Assembly: GCA_042219045.1 (NCBI GenBank)
Contig: JBDGQO010000033.1
Coordinates: 1 to 64,000, forward strand
DNA: 64,000 bases
DNA from: Candidatus Bipolaricaulia bacterium
Lineage (GTDB): Bacteria > Bipolaricaulota > Bipolaricaulia > RBG-16-55-9
Direction of reading: 5' to 3'
Shown piece after piece: positions 30,555 through 40,368 of this stretch (positions are counted from its first letter, which is position 1; each line of letters starts with the position of its first letter). The notes under the pieces are model-generated. The model searched no databases and was not told the origin of the DNA. It saw only the letters and a list, made by a program, of their open reading frames with translations. The position numbers were made by a program, and so were the translations under genes.

Positions 30555-31586
30555 ATGGCGCGAATATGCCTCTATCTCGAGGCCGCTGAAGCCATTGAGC
30601 GATCCGGCTTCCGGAAGGCGTTCGACCGCCAGATTCGAGCGCTCCGGCTGAACGGGATTGAGGTCACGACCGACCCGAGCGATCGACCGTACGATCTCCT
30701 CCACCTTCACGCGTTCGGGCCGAAGTCGCTCTACTGGCTCAACGGGGCGCAGCGGCATGGAATCCCCGTGGTGGTCCACGCGCACAGCGTCGGCGCCTAC
30801 GACTTCCGAGACAGCTTCACGCTCTCCAACGCGCTTGCGCCGCTGTACGAGCGCTACGTCCGGTTCGTCTACAATCGAGCCGACGCGGTGTTCACGCCGA
30901 CGCCCTTCGCCAAGCGAGAGCTGGAGCGGGTGGGCGTCCGACGCCCCATCGCGATCGTGAGCAACGGCGTCGATCGCGAGCGGTTTACGGTCACGGATGC
31001 CGAACGCGACCGTCAACGGCGAGCCCAGGGAAGGGAGGCCTTCACGGCGTTCTGTGCGGGCAACGTCATCCCGCGCAAGGGAGTTCGCGACTTCCTCGCC
31101 ACGGCCGAGCAGTTGCCCGAGATTGGGTTTCGTTGGTTCGGCCATCGCTGGAACCGGGCGGCGGCGTATTGGCCGGACATGGAGTCGTGGCTCGATCGCG
31201 TGCCCGGCAACGTCGAGTTTCCCGGCTACGTCCGCGACACGCCCGGCGCGTTCGCCGCCGCGGACGTCTGCTTTTTCCCCTCAAAGTCCGAGACGCAGGG
31301 ATTGGTGCTGCTCGAGGCTGCGTCCTTGGGCAAGCCGCTCGTGGTTCGTGATCTGGAAGTCTATCGCGACTGGCTGGTCCACGGCGAGAACTGCCTCAAG
31401 GGCCGAACGGCGACCGAGTTTGCGCGCCATCTCGACGCCCTTGCCCGCGATCCCGATCTCTATGGGCGCCTGGCCCAAGCAGCAGAGTCGCTGGCCGAAG
31501 CGCACCGGCTCGAGCACGTGGGCGCCCATCTCTGTCGGCTGTATGACGAGATCTTGACCGGCAAGCCACAGGAGGTCGTGCCATGA
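30555..31586 (+). CDS. GT4 glycosyltransferase (diacylglycerol glycosyltransferase-like)
   Basis: VSNGVD, PRKG, FFPSKSETQGLVLLEA (E-X7-E). Confidence 0.85.
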   Translation: MARICLYLEAAEAIERSGFRKAFDRQIRALRLNGIEVTTDPSDRPYDLLHLHAFGPKSLYWLNGAQRHGIPVVVHAHSVGAYDFRDSFTLSNALAPLYERYVRFVYNRADAVFTPTPFAKRELERVGVRRPIAIVSNGVDRERFTVTDAERDRQRRAQGREAFTAFCAGNVIPRKGVRDFLATAEQLPEIGFRWFGHRWNRAAAYWPDMESWLDRVPGNVEFPGYVRDTPGAFAAADVCFFPSKSETQGLVLLEAASLGKPLVVRDLEVYRDWLVHGENCLKGRTATEFARHLDALARDPDLYGRLAQAAESLAEAHRLEHVGAHLCRLYDEILTGKPQEVVP

Positions 31587-32356
31587 TCTCCGTGGTGGTG
31601 CCCGTGCAGAACGAGCGCGATGGGATCACCGCGTCCCTCGACGCGTTCCGGCGCCAGACGTTCAATGGCCCCTTTGAGGTCGTCGTCGTCGACAACGGCT
31701 CCTCCGATGACACGGTCGAGGTCGTCCGGACGTTTGCGGCGGAGCATCCGGAATTGAACGTGCGTGACGTGCATGAGCCACGTCCCGGCGTCGCGGCCGC
31801 GAGCCAGACGGGCTTCGACCACGCCCAATTCGGGATCATTGCCCGGACCGACGCGGACACGCTCGTGGACGAGGGCTGGCTCGACGCCATCGCCGCTCGG
31901 TTCCGCGACGAGCGAGTGGCGGCGCTCTGCGGCCGCGTCGGCTTTCGCGACCGCCAGCCCTTGCAGCGCTGGCTCCAACTCGAGCGCCTCATCGGCCTGC
32001 ATCAACGGGCCCACATTCGCCTGGGGAAGCCCCACTTTTGGGGCTTCAACTTTGCCGTGCGTCGGGACGTCTTCCGGCGAGCCGGTGGGTTCGACACCCG
32101 GCTCAAGCTGGCGGAGGATCTCGATCTCGGCTTGCGTCTGCAGGACGCGTTGGATCGGGGCGAGCGCATCGTTTACGCGCCGGAGATGCGCGTGTTCAGC
32201 TCGAGCCGACGGTATCGCTTGAACCGCGATTGGCTGCGGTATACGCTCGATGGATATCGCGCCTACGTCGCCCGGGCTTGGCTCGGTCGAATCCCGGCTT
32301 GGATGTGTGTGGATCCGACCGTCATTTCCGGCCGAGACGGGAACCAGCGGTTGTAA
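31583..32356 (+). CDS. GT2 glycosyltransferase
   Basis: ISVVVPVQNE, VVVDNGSSDDT, DAD, GFD..AEDLD. Confidence 0.88.
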   Translation: MISVVVPVQNERDGITASLDAFRRQTFNGPFEVVVVDNGSSDDTVEVVRTFAAEHPELNVRDVHEPRPGVAAASQTGFDHAQFGIIARTDADTLVDEGWLDAIAARFRDERVAALCGRVGFRDRQPLQRWLQLERLIGLHQRAHIRLGKPHFWGFNFAVRRDVFRRAGGFDTRLKLAEDLDLGLRLQDALDRGERIVYAPEMRVFSSSRRYRLNRDWLRYTLDGYRAYVARAWLGRIPAWMCVDPTVISGRDGNQRL

Positions 32357-32431
32357 GCGTCAAGCCGGGATTGAGCTGCCATGCATGGATAACGCTGTCG
32401 ACAACCCTCGCGCCATAAGGATGAATCGACT

Positions 32432-34117
32432 GTGGGTTCTAAACTCGCGATCTTTGCGCTGGACGGGGCTTCACCGGAGTTGGTCGAACGGTGGGCCGGT
32501 GAAGGCCATTTGCCGACCCTCGCATCGTTGATGGACCGCGGTGCTTTTGGGCCATTGGAGAGCACGATCCCGCCCGTCACGGGCGCCGCCTGGGGCTCGT
32601 TTCTCAGCGGTGTCACGCCCGGCCGCCACGGGATCTTCGAGTGGCTCGATCGGCGGGACACCGGCTACGGCATGAAGCTGACCGACGGGCGGCTGTTGCC
32701 GTCGAATCTGATCTTTGAGCATCTCAGCAACCACGGCCAGCGCGTCGGCGTCATGAGCGTGCCGTTGGTCGATCGGGATCGCGACCTGAACGGCTTTCTC
32801 ATTACCGATCTCCTGACGCCCCCGGATCGGCCCTATGCCAAGCCGGCGGACTTCCAGTCGCGGTTGGAGCGCGCCATCGGGGGACGGTATCCCGTGACAC
32901 CGCCGGTGTGGCCCGGCCGCTATCGGGCCCGAAAATGGCTGCGCGAGCTCCAAGCGTCGTTGGAGGCGCGCATGCGCGCCGCGCAGTATGCGCTCAACCA
33001 TGAGCCGTGGGACGTGTTCATGGTCCACGTCATGGAGACCGACTCCGTCCAGCACCAGATGTGGCAAGCCATCGACGGGCTCCATCGGCCGCGCTATCGC
33101 GTGGACGTGGAGGGCAATCCCGTGCTCGATATTTATCAACAGGCCGACGCGTGGATCGGCCGCTGTCTCGAGGACCTGGATGAGGACACCACGGTCATGG
33201 TCATCTCCGACCACGGCTTCGGCACGCATCTGTACAACCTTCATACGAACGTCTGGCTGCTCCAGCAGGGATTTTTGAACCTGCGGACCAATATGTCGAC
33301 CCGCCTGAAGAAGTTGATGTTCCAGGCAGGCATCACCCCGGAGAACCTCTACCCCTCGCAAGAGTGGCTCCGGCTGCTCGGGCAAGTCGGCGGCGACGAG
33401 GCGTACGAACTCCTGGCGCGAACCAATCTGTCGACGCAGAACATCGACTGGGATCGCACGGTCGCGTTCTCCTACGGCAACATCGGCCAGGTGACGCTCA
33501 ACATGGCCGGCCGAGAGCCCGAAGGCAGCGTCACCGAAGGTCGGCGAGATGGGGTTCTGAATGAGATCCAGGAGGCGCTCCAGGAGTGGCGCAATCCCGA
33601 GACTGGCGAGCGGGTGGTCGACACCGATCATATCTATCGGCGCGAGGCGATCTACACCGAGCCGACCCTGCCCCACGTGCCCGACTTGCTCTTTCTCCCG
33701 ACGCCGGGTTACACGCCCATTGGCCTGACGGAGTTCCTCGCCAATCGGCCCATTACGTATCCCGTGGCGCATTCCGGTTGGCATCGACTCGACGGCGTCT
33801 TCATTGGCGCCGGCCCGGGCATCGCGTCCGGTCGGCCAACCGACCTCCGGTTGCTGGACATGTACCCGACGATCTGCGCGTTGGTCGGATTGCCATCTCC
33901 GGCGGGCCTGGACGGGCGCGTCATGACGTCAGTGCTAACTCCAGAGGTGGCCCAGCAACGGCCGAGCGCACCCTCGCGGGAATCGGCCGAGCGCGGCGAT
34001 CAGGAGGCCGAAGCGTCGGACGGCGCTTCGGCGGACGACTCGCCGGGCGATGGGGCCTTGACACCCGAGGAGGAAGCGGAGATTCGCGAACGGCTCAAGG
34101 GCTTGGGATACCTCTGA
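32432..34117 (+). CDS. Alkaline phosphatase superfamily nucleotide pyrophosphatase/phosphodiesterase
   Basis: ALDGA, STIPPVTGAAW, PGRHGIF, DSVQH, ISDHGFG, C-terminal ERLKGLGYL. Confidence 0.85.
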   Translation: MGSKLAIFALDGASPELVERWAGEGHLPTLASLMDRGAFGPLESTIPPVTGAAWGSFLSGVTPGRHGIFEWLDRRDTGYGMKLTDGRLLPSNLIFEHLSNHGQRVGVMSVPLVDRDRDLNGFLITDLLTPPDRPYAKPADFQSRLERAIGGRYPVTPPVWPGRYRARKWLRELQASLEARMRAAQYALNHEPWDVFMVHVMETDSVQHQMWQAIDGLHRPRYRVDVEGNPVLDIYQQADAWIGRCLEDLDEDTTVMVISDHGFGTHLYNLHTNVWLLQQGFLNLRTNMSTRLKKLMFQAGITPENLYPSQEWLRLLGQVGGDEAYELLARTNLSTQNIDWDRTVAFSYGNIGQVTLNMAGREPEGSVTEGRRDGVLNEIQEALQEWRNPETGERVVDTDHIYRREAIYTEPTLPHVPDLLFLPTPGYTPIGLTEFLANRPITYPVAHSGWHRLDGVFIGAGPGIASGRPTDLRLLDMYPTICALVGLPSPAGLDGRVMTSVLTPEVAQQRPSAPSRESAERGDQEAEASDGASADDSPGDGALTPEEEAEIRERLKGLGYL

Positions 34118-34917
34118 ACGGGAGCGCTCAGCCCGCCGATTCCGCTGAAGACGAGCCCGAAGGCCAACCCGAGCACGAGCCCCCGCAGCCCGAACGTGGC
34201 CATCGGCGCATTGAGCGTTGGCGCCAGGACCTTGAGCGCCTCGTCTCCGCGAAACAACGGGGCGGCCAACGTCAAAGCCAGTATCGCCAGGACCAGGAAC
34301 ATGCCGTAGAACGCGCCCAACAGAATGAACGGAATACGCAGGGTGCTCGGGGGAGCTCCCGCCATCTGCAACAGGTCAATCGGGCCCTCAAAGTCGGTCC
34401 GCGCCTCGCGCAAGGCCCCATAGAGACAGCCGATGGCCAGAACGATCAGGGCGGCGAGGGCCAGCCCGACGAGGGGGCCGTTGTGGGACAGCCAGACGCG
34501 CGCGGCGTTCGGTGAGCGCTCCGGCTGTTGGACGGCCCGGATCTCGTCCCAGCCCTGAAGGCGCTGCAGCGTGGCGTCGGCGTCGGCGCCAGCATCCAGG
34601 GTCAGCACAAAGTGGCCATCCCGGTCGCTGTCGGGGGCCGTGGGCGGCGGGCCGAAGCGGTAGTGGGCCTGGGCGACGTCCGGGTCCGCGCGAAGCGTTT
34701 CGTAGAGCTCGCCGATCCGCTCTTGGGAGAGCCCAGGATCGGGGACGGCATACATTTGCGTCTGCACCGTCGAGGTCGCCGGATCCGCGATCACGGAGAC
34801 GACGACCATCGCAGCTACCGTCAACGCGGTAAGCAGGATCGCCAACGCGGCCAATCCCCACGAGCGGACCGTCAATGATCGGATGAGCTCCTGGAACGCC
34901 ACGGCTGCCGGGCTCAA
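34000..34917 (-). CDS. ftsX: FtsX-like permease (divergent)
   Basis: TM1, extracellular domain (DPDVAQAHY...EIRAV), then three TMs with IDLLQMAGAPPSTLRIPF; directly downstream of an ftsE-like gene. Confidence 0.6.
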   Translation of the reverse strand: MSPAAVAFQELIRSLTVRSWGLAALAILLTALTVAAMVVVSVIADPATSTVQTQMYAVPDPGLSQERIGELYETLRADPDVAQAHYRFGPPPTAPDSDRDGHFVLTLDAGADADATLQRLQGWDEIRAVQQPERSPNAARVWLSHNGPLVGLALAALIVLAIGCLYGALREARTDFEGPIDLLQMAGAPPSTLRIPFILLGAFYGMFLVLAILALTLAAPLFRGDEALKVLAPTLNAPMATFGLRGLVLGLAFGLVFSGIGGLSAPVQRYPKPLSRSRISASSSGVKAPSPGESSAEAPSDASAS

Positions 34918-35633
34918 GTTTCGGCCTCCTCCCCCGACGTCCCGACCGCGGCCAGTGCCGAATCGGAGATCGGATAGAGTGTGCCCTCCTGGAGCCGGTA
35001 CGTCGATGACGGGGCGTCGTGAACCGCCTCGGCCTGTGTCGTGGTCGTGAGGATGCTGAGGCGCCGGCGCAGGTGGAGCCGCTCTAACAACTGGAGATAC
35101 CGGCGCCGTTGCGGGTCGTCCAGTTCGCTGAGCGGGTCATCAAGCAGCAACAACACGGGATCGTGGCTGAGGGCCAGAGCCAAGTGGAAGCGCTGCCGCT
35201 CGGGCTCATTGAGCTCGTCAACGGCCCGATCGCCAAGGTCAGCCAGCTCAACGAGCGAGAGCACCTCTTGGGCTTTCATCGACGCGTCCGGGGAGCTGGT
35301 GCCGAGCGCGCGACGGACGAAGACGAGCGCCCCCATAAGCGTCTGGCGTCGCAGCGTCGGCGGGTTGCGCGGGACAATGCCGATGCGTCGACGGAGCTCG
35401 CGGAGCCGGTCCGGATGGATACGGCTGATGTTGCGGTCGTCAACGAGGATCTGGCCGTGATCCGGACGAATCTCGCCGCAGATAACCTGCAAGAGCGCCG
35501 TCTTGCCCGAACCTTGGGGCCCGATGACGCTGGCCCACTCTCCGCGGTGGAGGCGGAAGTGCAGGTCCTCGAAGACGGCCCGTTGATCCTCGTCCCTTAG
35601 CATCAACTCCGAGATCTGCACCATGATCGCCAT
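34914..35633 (-). CDS. ftsE: FtsE-like ABC ATPase with degenerate catalytic motifs
   Basis: Walker A GPQGSGKT; LRRRIGIV; LALALSHDPVLLLLDDP. Confidence 0.65.
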   Translation of the reverse strand: MAIMVQISELMLRDEDQRAVFEDLHFRLHRGEWASVIGPQGSGKTALLQVICGEIRPDHGQILVDDRNISRIHPDRLRELRRRIGIVPRNPPTLRRQTLMGALVFVRRALGTSSPDASMKAQEVLSLVELADLGDRAVDELNEPERQRFHLALALSHDPVLLLLDDPLSELDDPQRRRYLQLLERLHLRRRLSILTTTTQAEAVHDAPSSTYRLQEGTLYPISDSALAAVGTSGEEAET

Positions 35634-35648
35634 CGCGGTCGCCTCCTG

Positions 35649-36572
35649 TCAGGCTCCAGCTTGGGCTCGCACGAAGCGCGGCCGGCCGGCTTGATCCGAG
35701 CGGATCTCCCATGTCTCAATGGCATCCGCCTGAGCCAACATGTCGGCCACCGCGTCGCGCTGGGCTGCGCCGATTTCCAAATACATTCGACCGCCGGGCA
35801 CGAGCAACCGAGGGGCATCGGCGATAAGCTGCTTGAGCGCGCGCGTTCCCTGAGGCCCGCCGTCGAGCGCGACCGCAGGTTCGTGATCCCGCACGTCCGC
35901 AGGCAGCTCGGCCCACGCCTCCGTTGCCACGTAGGGCGGGTTGGTGACGATCAGATCGAATTGGCCTTGCAGGGCCGATCCCCAGTCAGCGCAGACGAAG
36001 CGAACGCGTTCGGCGACGCCGTTGTCGCGGGCGTTGGCCTGGGCCAACGCCAGCGCCCCGGGCGCGCGATCCACGGCGATCATCGTCGTCATGGGCCAGG
36101 CGAGCGCCAGTGCCACGGCCATGGCGCCCGACCCGGTCCCGAAGTCGATCGCCCGCTCGGGGACGGCCGACGACGATGACGTGTCCTGAATGACCCACTC
36201 GACGAGCTCCTCGGTCTCTGGGCGGGGAATCAGCACATCCGGCGTGACGCGCAGTGACGCGTCCATAAACGGCATGGATTCCAACAGATACGCCAGTGGC
36301 ACGCCCTTGCGCCGCTGGCGTATCAGCGTGCGGTACCGCGCTCGTTCCGTGGCGTTCAGCACGCGGTCGGGCGACAGATAGAGGCGAAGCCGATCGTCGC
36401 CCAGTGCGTGAGCCAGCAACGATTCCGCCTCGAAGCGGGAGGCTTCAATGCCGCCATCCCGCAAATAGCCAGTCGTCCACGCCAAGACGCGGCGAACGGT
36501 CCATTCGCCGCTCTCCGACGAGGTCACTTTTGCCCCCTTCTCAATTGATGCGCTCACCACCGCTGGCTGCAC
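35649..36572 (-). CDS. prmC: Release factor glutamine methyltransferase (HemK)
   Basis: VLIPRPETEELV, DFGTGSG, TNPPYV, HEPAVALDGG; start could instead be GTG 36527. Confidence 0.92.
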   Translation of the reverse strand: MQPAVVSASIEKGAKVTSSESGEWTVRRVLAWTTGYLRDGGIEASRFEAESLLAHALGDDRLRLYLSPDRVLNATERARYRTLIRQRRKGVPLAYLLESMPFMDASLRVTPDVLIPRPETEELVEWVIQDTSSSSAVPERAIDFGTGSGAMAVALALAWPMTTMIAVDRAPGALALAQANARDNGVAERVRFVCADWGSALQGQFDLIVTNPPYVATEAWAELPADVRDHEPAVALDGGPQGTRALKQLIADAPRLLVPGGRMYLEIGAAQRDAVADMLAQADAIETWEIRSDQAGRPRFVRAQAGA

Positions 36573-36578
36573 GTTGTC

Positions 36579-36622
36579 AAGGTAGCATGCCCATTGTCAA
36601 AAGGTCAAGACTGGACTAATAT
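36579..36622. promoter_or_regulatory. Overlapping divergent promoters (prmC / PIN-TRAM)
   Basis: Plus strand TTGTCA-17-TAATAT (36594-36622); minus strand TTGACC-18-TACCTT (36608-36579). Confidence 0.5.
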
Positions 36623-36736
36623 GCTTGTTCCGACGAATTGCAAAGTCCGATGGAGTTGCACGGTGGCCTACAGACTGGGCTACCACGGGATAACGCGGCG
36701 CTGAGGTTATCGACGCCGCTCTATCGATAGGGATCC

Positions 36737-37819
36737 ATGACCATGCGCAAGCTACTGCGTGTGCTGCCCCTTTATGTAGGTTTGGCCGCCATCGGGGCGC
36801 TTACGGTTGCGATCCAGCAACCGCTCGCTGAGATCCCCGACCTGCTCGGCGTGCCCGCGTGGACAACGCAACTGCTTGCCGGTGTCCTCGCAGGCCTGAT
36901 CGTTGCTGGGACGTTCCACGTCGTGACGCGAACCGTCAAGCGCCGCCTTGCCGAGGGCGGCGGCGTGGCGTTCCTGAACGGCGGCCTCCTGGCGCTCATG
37001 GGGGCGCTCCTCGGGCTCGTTGGGTTCTTCATTCTGGAGCTGTTGTTCCGGCCAAGCCCATGGTTGGAGCTGGCTGAGTCCGGACTGATCGTCTTCTTGA
37101 CGTTTCTGGGCTTCCTCATCGGCTACCGCGAGGAGAACCTGTTTGCGACGCTCGTGGGCGGGGTGCCCGCGCTGCGCGACCAGCCGACGACCCCCGCGAA
37201 AGTGCTGGACACGAGCGTGATCATCGATGGCCGCATCGAGGACCTAGTGCAGACGGGGTTCGTCGAGGGACAGCTGGTGATTCCGCAGTTCGTGTTGGAG
37301 GAGTTGCAACAGATCGCGGATTCGGCGGACAATCTCCGGCGCCGTAAGGGGCGTCGTGGCTTGGACGTATTGCGCGCGCTGCGCGACAATGCCGATCTGG
37401 ACGTCCAGATCGGCGATACGGACTTTCCCGAGGTCAGTGCCGTTGACAGGAAACTGATCCAGCTGGCCAAGGAACTGGAGGCCGACCTGCTGACGACGGA
37501 CTTCAACCTCAACAAGGTTGCGCAGGTTGAGGACATCCAGGTCCTGAACATCAACAAGCTCGCCAATGCGGTCAAGCCGCGCTTCATTCCCGGCGAGGAG
37601 CTCGAGGTCGAGGTCATCGACCGCGGCGAAGAGATCGGGCAAGGAGTCGGCTACCTTGACGACGGCACCATGGTCGTCATTGAGAACGGACGGCGGTTTA
37701 TCGGCAGGACGGTCCGCGCGACCGTGTCGAGTTCGCTCCAGACGGACGCGGGCAAGATGCTATTCGTGCGCCCCAAGGGCGAAGTCAACGAGGGCTGGGC
37801 TGAGTCCTCGTCGTCCTAA
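36737..37819 (+). CDS. Membrane-anchored PIN/TRAM domain protein (YacL-like)
   Basis: Four N-terminal TMs; KVLDTSVIIDGRI, FVLEELQ, TTDFNLNKVA, QGVGYLDDGTMVVIE; precedes ispD. Confidence 0.92.
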   Translation: MTMRKLLRVLPLYVGLAAIGALTVAIQQPLAEIPDLLGVPAWTTQLLAGVLAGLIVAGTFHVVTRTVKRRLAEGGGVAFLNGGLLALMGALLGLVGFFILELLFRPSPWLELAESGLIVFLTFLGFLIGYREENLFATLVGGVPALRDQPTTPAKVLDTSVIIDGRIEDLVQTGFVEGQLVIPQFVLEELQQIADSADNLRRRKGRRGLDVLRALRDNADLDVQIGDTDFPEVSAVDRKLIQLAKELEADLLTTDFNLNKVAQVEDIQVLNINKLANAVKPRFIPGEELEVEVIDRGEEIGQGVGYLDDGTMVVIENGRRFIGRTVRATVSSSLQTDAGKMLFVRPKGEVNEGWAESSSS

Positions 37820-37940
37820 CGAGGACCCGTCCGTGGGACGGAGACGGAAGTGTTCCGGGCGCTTGATGGTCTGGATGGCAACGCCGCAACCGCGGCTTTG
37901 GAGCACCGACAACTCAATATGATGCGGGAACTGATAGATC

Positions 37941-38645
37941 ATGCGTGATGGCGACGTCGGCGCCGTGCTGTTGGCCGCGGGTCGAGGCCAGCGTATGGGC
38001 GCGGACATGCCCAAGGCCTACCTGCCATTGGGTGAGAAGCCGATCCTGCAGCACAGCCTCGAGACATTCGACGCCAGCGCGCTGGTGGGCGAGATCGTCC
38101 TGGTGACCCACCCGAGCGATCGCGAGCTTCTCGAGGCCCATGTCTTGGGAAGCTATGCTCCCCGAACGCAGGTGAAAGTCATCTACGGCGACGAACATCG
38201 ACAGGATTCGGTCCAGGCGGGCGTCCGGGCCGCGCGGTCACCCTGGGTTGCCGTCCACGATGCAGCTCGGCCGTTTGTGACGGATGCGCTGTTCGTCAGC
38301 TGCATTGAGGCGGCCGAAACCTATCGGGCCGCGCTGCCGGTCGTGTCGGTCCCCGATACCGTCAAGGCGGTCGATGAGGATGCGTTCTCGCTCGGCGACG
38401 TCGACCGTGAGACGCTCCGACTCGCCCAGACGCCCCAGTGTTTCGAGCAACTGCTGCTGGATCGTTCCCTTGACGACGCCGAACGGGAAGGGCGCTATTT
38501 CACGGACGAGGCCGGTGTCGTGCTCGCCACCAGCGGGATCAAGTCGCGAATCGTGCCGGGCGAGATGACCAACTGGAAGATCACAACGCCTCAGGATCTG
38601 GCGCTGGCCGAGGCAATGCTGAATGCCGGGCTGGTGGCTCCTTAA
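37941..38645 (+). CDS. ispD: 2-C-methyl-D-erythritol 4-phosphate cytidylyltransferase
   Basis: LAAGRGQRMG, RQDSV, VHDAARP, AQTPQ, TDEA, KITTPQDL. Confidence 0.93.
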   Translation: MRDGDVGAVLLAAGRGQRMGADMPKAYLPLGEKPILQHSLETFDASALVGEIVLVTHPSDRELLEAHVLGSYAPRTQVKVIYGDEHRQDSVQAGVRAARSPWVAVHDAARPFVTDALFVSCIEAAETYRAALPVVSVPDTVKAVDEDAFSLGDVDRETLRLAQTPQCFEQLLLDRSLDDAEREGRYFTDEAGVVLATSGIKSRIVPGEMTNWKITTPQDLALAEAMLNAGLVAP

Positions 38646-38730
38646 CCCCGGAGCCCATCGACGCCCTCCAGCTATCCTGCGCGCCGCTCGATCAGGATCG
38701 CCAATTCTTTCGCATTTGTTGGCCAATTGC

Positions 38731-38759
38731 TTGATCGGTCGCGTCGGGCGTCGTACACT
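38731..38759 (+). promoter_or_regulatory. sigma70 promoter of the M16 peptidase pair
   Basis: TTGATC-17 nt-TACACT; AGGAGGT RBS before ATG 38878. Confidence 0.55.
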
Positions 38760-38877
38760 CGCTCGGGATCTGTCGCAAGCCGTTCACCGGACGTTACCTT
38801 GACGGCTACCGAGCAAGGCGCGTCTGGATCGACGGAAAAATCTCGACGCAGCCACCAACAACAGGAGGTATGTCACG

Positions 38878-40368
38878 ATGGAGCGATTGGGTGTGATCGT
38901 CCTGGTTGCGGCGGCAGCGATTGCCGGCGCCGTGCTCTTGTTGACGCAGGCGCCGACGGCGCCGGAGCCGCAGCCAACGCCCCCGGCCACGGATGACTCG
39001 TCATCGACGACGTCTGAACAGGGCCAAGAAGAAACTGAGCAGTCGTCGGACGAACAAGCCGACACGGACGCCGAGACCGGCGATGCCGAGGCGACCGGTG
39101 ACTCGACCTCCGCTCTGTCCGAGCGGACGCTCGATAACGGCCTCAACGTGATCGTTTACGAGGATCATACCGCGCCCGTGGTGGCGGTCAACGTCTGGTA
39201 CCACGTTGGCTCACGCAACGAACCTCGCGACAAGCAGGGCATGGCCCACATGCTGGAGCACATGATGTTCAAGGGCTCCAAGAACATTGCGCCCGAGGAG
39301 CACGCCAAGCTGATCAACCAAGCCGGCGGCTCCAACAACGCCTTCACGCGTGAGGACGTGACGGTCTATTTCGAGACACTGCCCCAGGAGAAGTTGGAAC
39401 TGGCGCTCCGGCTGGAGGCCGAGCGGATGCAGAACCTCATCATCGCGCCCGAACAGTTCAAGTCCGAACGGAAAGTCGTCAAGGAGGAGTTCCGCGCCCG
39501 CTTGGAGAACAACCCGACGTCGCGGGCCCTGCAACGCTTCCGCAAGATCGCGTTTGAGGGGACGCCTTACGCCTGGACGGCCGCCGGTAACCCTGAGGAT
39601 CTCGACAACATCACCGTGGCCGATCTGAAGCGCTTCTACGACACCTATTACGTGCCGAACAACGCCGCGCTCGTCATCGCGGGAGACGTCGAGCCGAAGC
39701 GAGCGTTCGAGTTGACGCGGAAGCACTTCAGCGACATTCCGCGAGGCAAGCAGCCGGAGGAACCCGACGTGGCCATGCCGACCCCCGAACAGATGCGGAC
39801 CGAGCAGGTTAAAATGCCCGTCCAGCTGCCCGCGGTCATCGGCGGCTACCCGTTGCCCGAAGCCGGCAGCGAGGCGGCGACGGCGCTGCAGGTGGCCGGG
39901 ACGATCCTGTCCCAGGGCGAGAGCTCGCGGCTGAAGCAGTCGATCGTGCGCGATCAGGGCTTGGCCGTTGCAGCAGGGGGCGTGCCGCGGTTCTACGAAG
40001 ACCTGGGCATGATGCTTCTGTTCGCCTTCTACACCCCGGGTCAGAGTTCGGACAAGGTCCAATCGGCCCTCTTGGACGAGATCGCCAAGCTGCGCAACGA
40101 GCCCGTGGGCGATCGCGAGCTGCAGAAGGCGAAGAATCAGCTCAAGTCCCAGTACGTCTTCAACCTCGATTCGATCAACGGCGTCGCCAACGCCATCGGC
40201 GAAGCGGAAGTGATTCGCGGGGATGCCCAGCACTTCCTCGACGGCAAGTCGCGCTATGAGGACGTGACCGCCGAGGACGTGCAGCGCGTCGCGCAGAAGT
40301 ATCTGACCAAGGATCGGCTAACGCTCGTTCAACTCGTGTCGCAGCAGAGAGGAGGCTCGTCGCAATGA
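38878..40368 (+). CDS. M16 (pitrilysin-family) zinc peptidase, catalytic subunit, exported/anchored
   Basis: Inverted zinc motif HMLEH, NAFT, ERKVVKEE; N-terminal hydrophobic anchor plus acidic linker. Confidence 0.9.
   Translation: MERLGVIVLVAAAAIAGAVLLLTQAPTAPEPQPTPPATDDSSSTTSEQGQEETEQSSDEQADTDAETGDAEATGDSTSALSERTLDNGLNVIVYEDHTAPVVAVNVWYHVGSRNEPRDKQGMAHMLEHMMFKGSKNIAPEEHAKLINQAGGSNNAFTREDVTVYFETLPQEKLELALRLEAERMQNLIIAPEQFKSERKVVKEEFRARLENNPTSRALQRFRKIAFEGTPYAWTAAGNPEDLDNITVADLKRFYDTYYVPNNAALVIAGDVEPKRAFELTRKHFSDIPRGKQPEEPDVAMPTPEQMRTEQVKMPVQLPAVIGGYPLPEAGSEAATALQVAGTILSQGESSRLKQSIVRDQGLAVAAGGVPRFYEDLGMMLLFAFYTPGQSSDKVQSALLDEIAKLRNEPVGDRELQKAKNQLKSQYVFNLDSINGVANAIGEAEVIRGDAQHFLDGKSRYEDVTAEDVQRVAQKYLTKDRLTLVQLVSQQRGGSSQ

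Noticed and set aside
36594..36610. CtsR box
   Set aside because: GTCAA repeats are 8 bp apart rather than the ~10-bp CtsR period; no ctsR/clpC in the window
36737..37819. PIN domain as a toxin-antitoxin toxin
   Set aside because: Membrane PIN/TRAM protein in its usual position before ispD; housekeeping synteny
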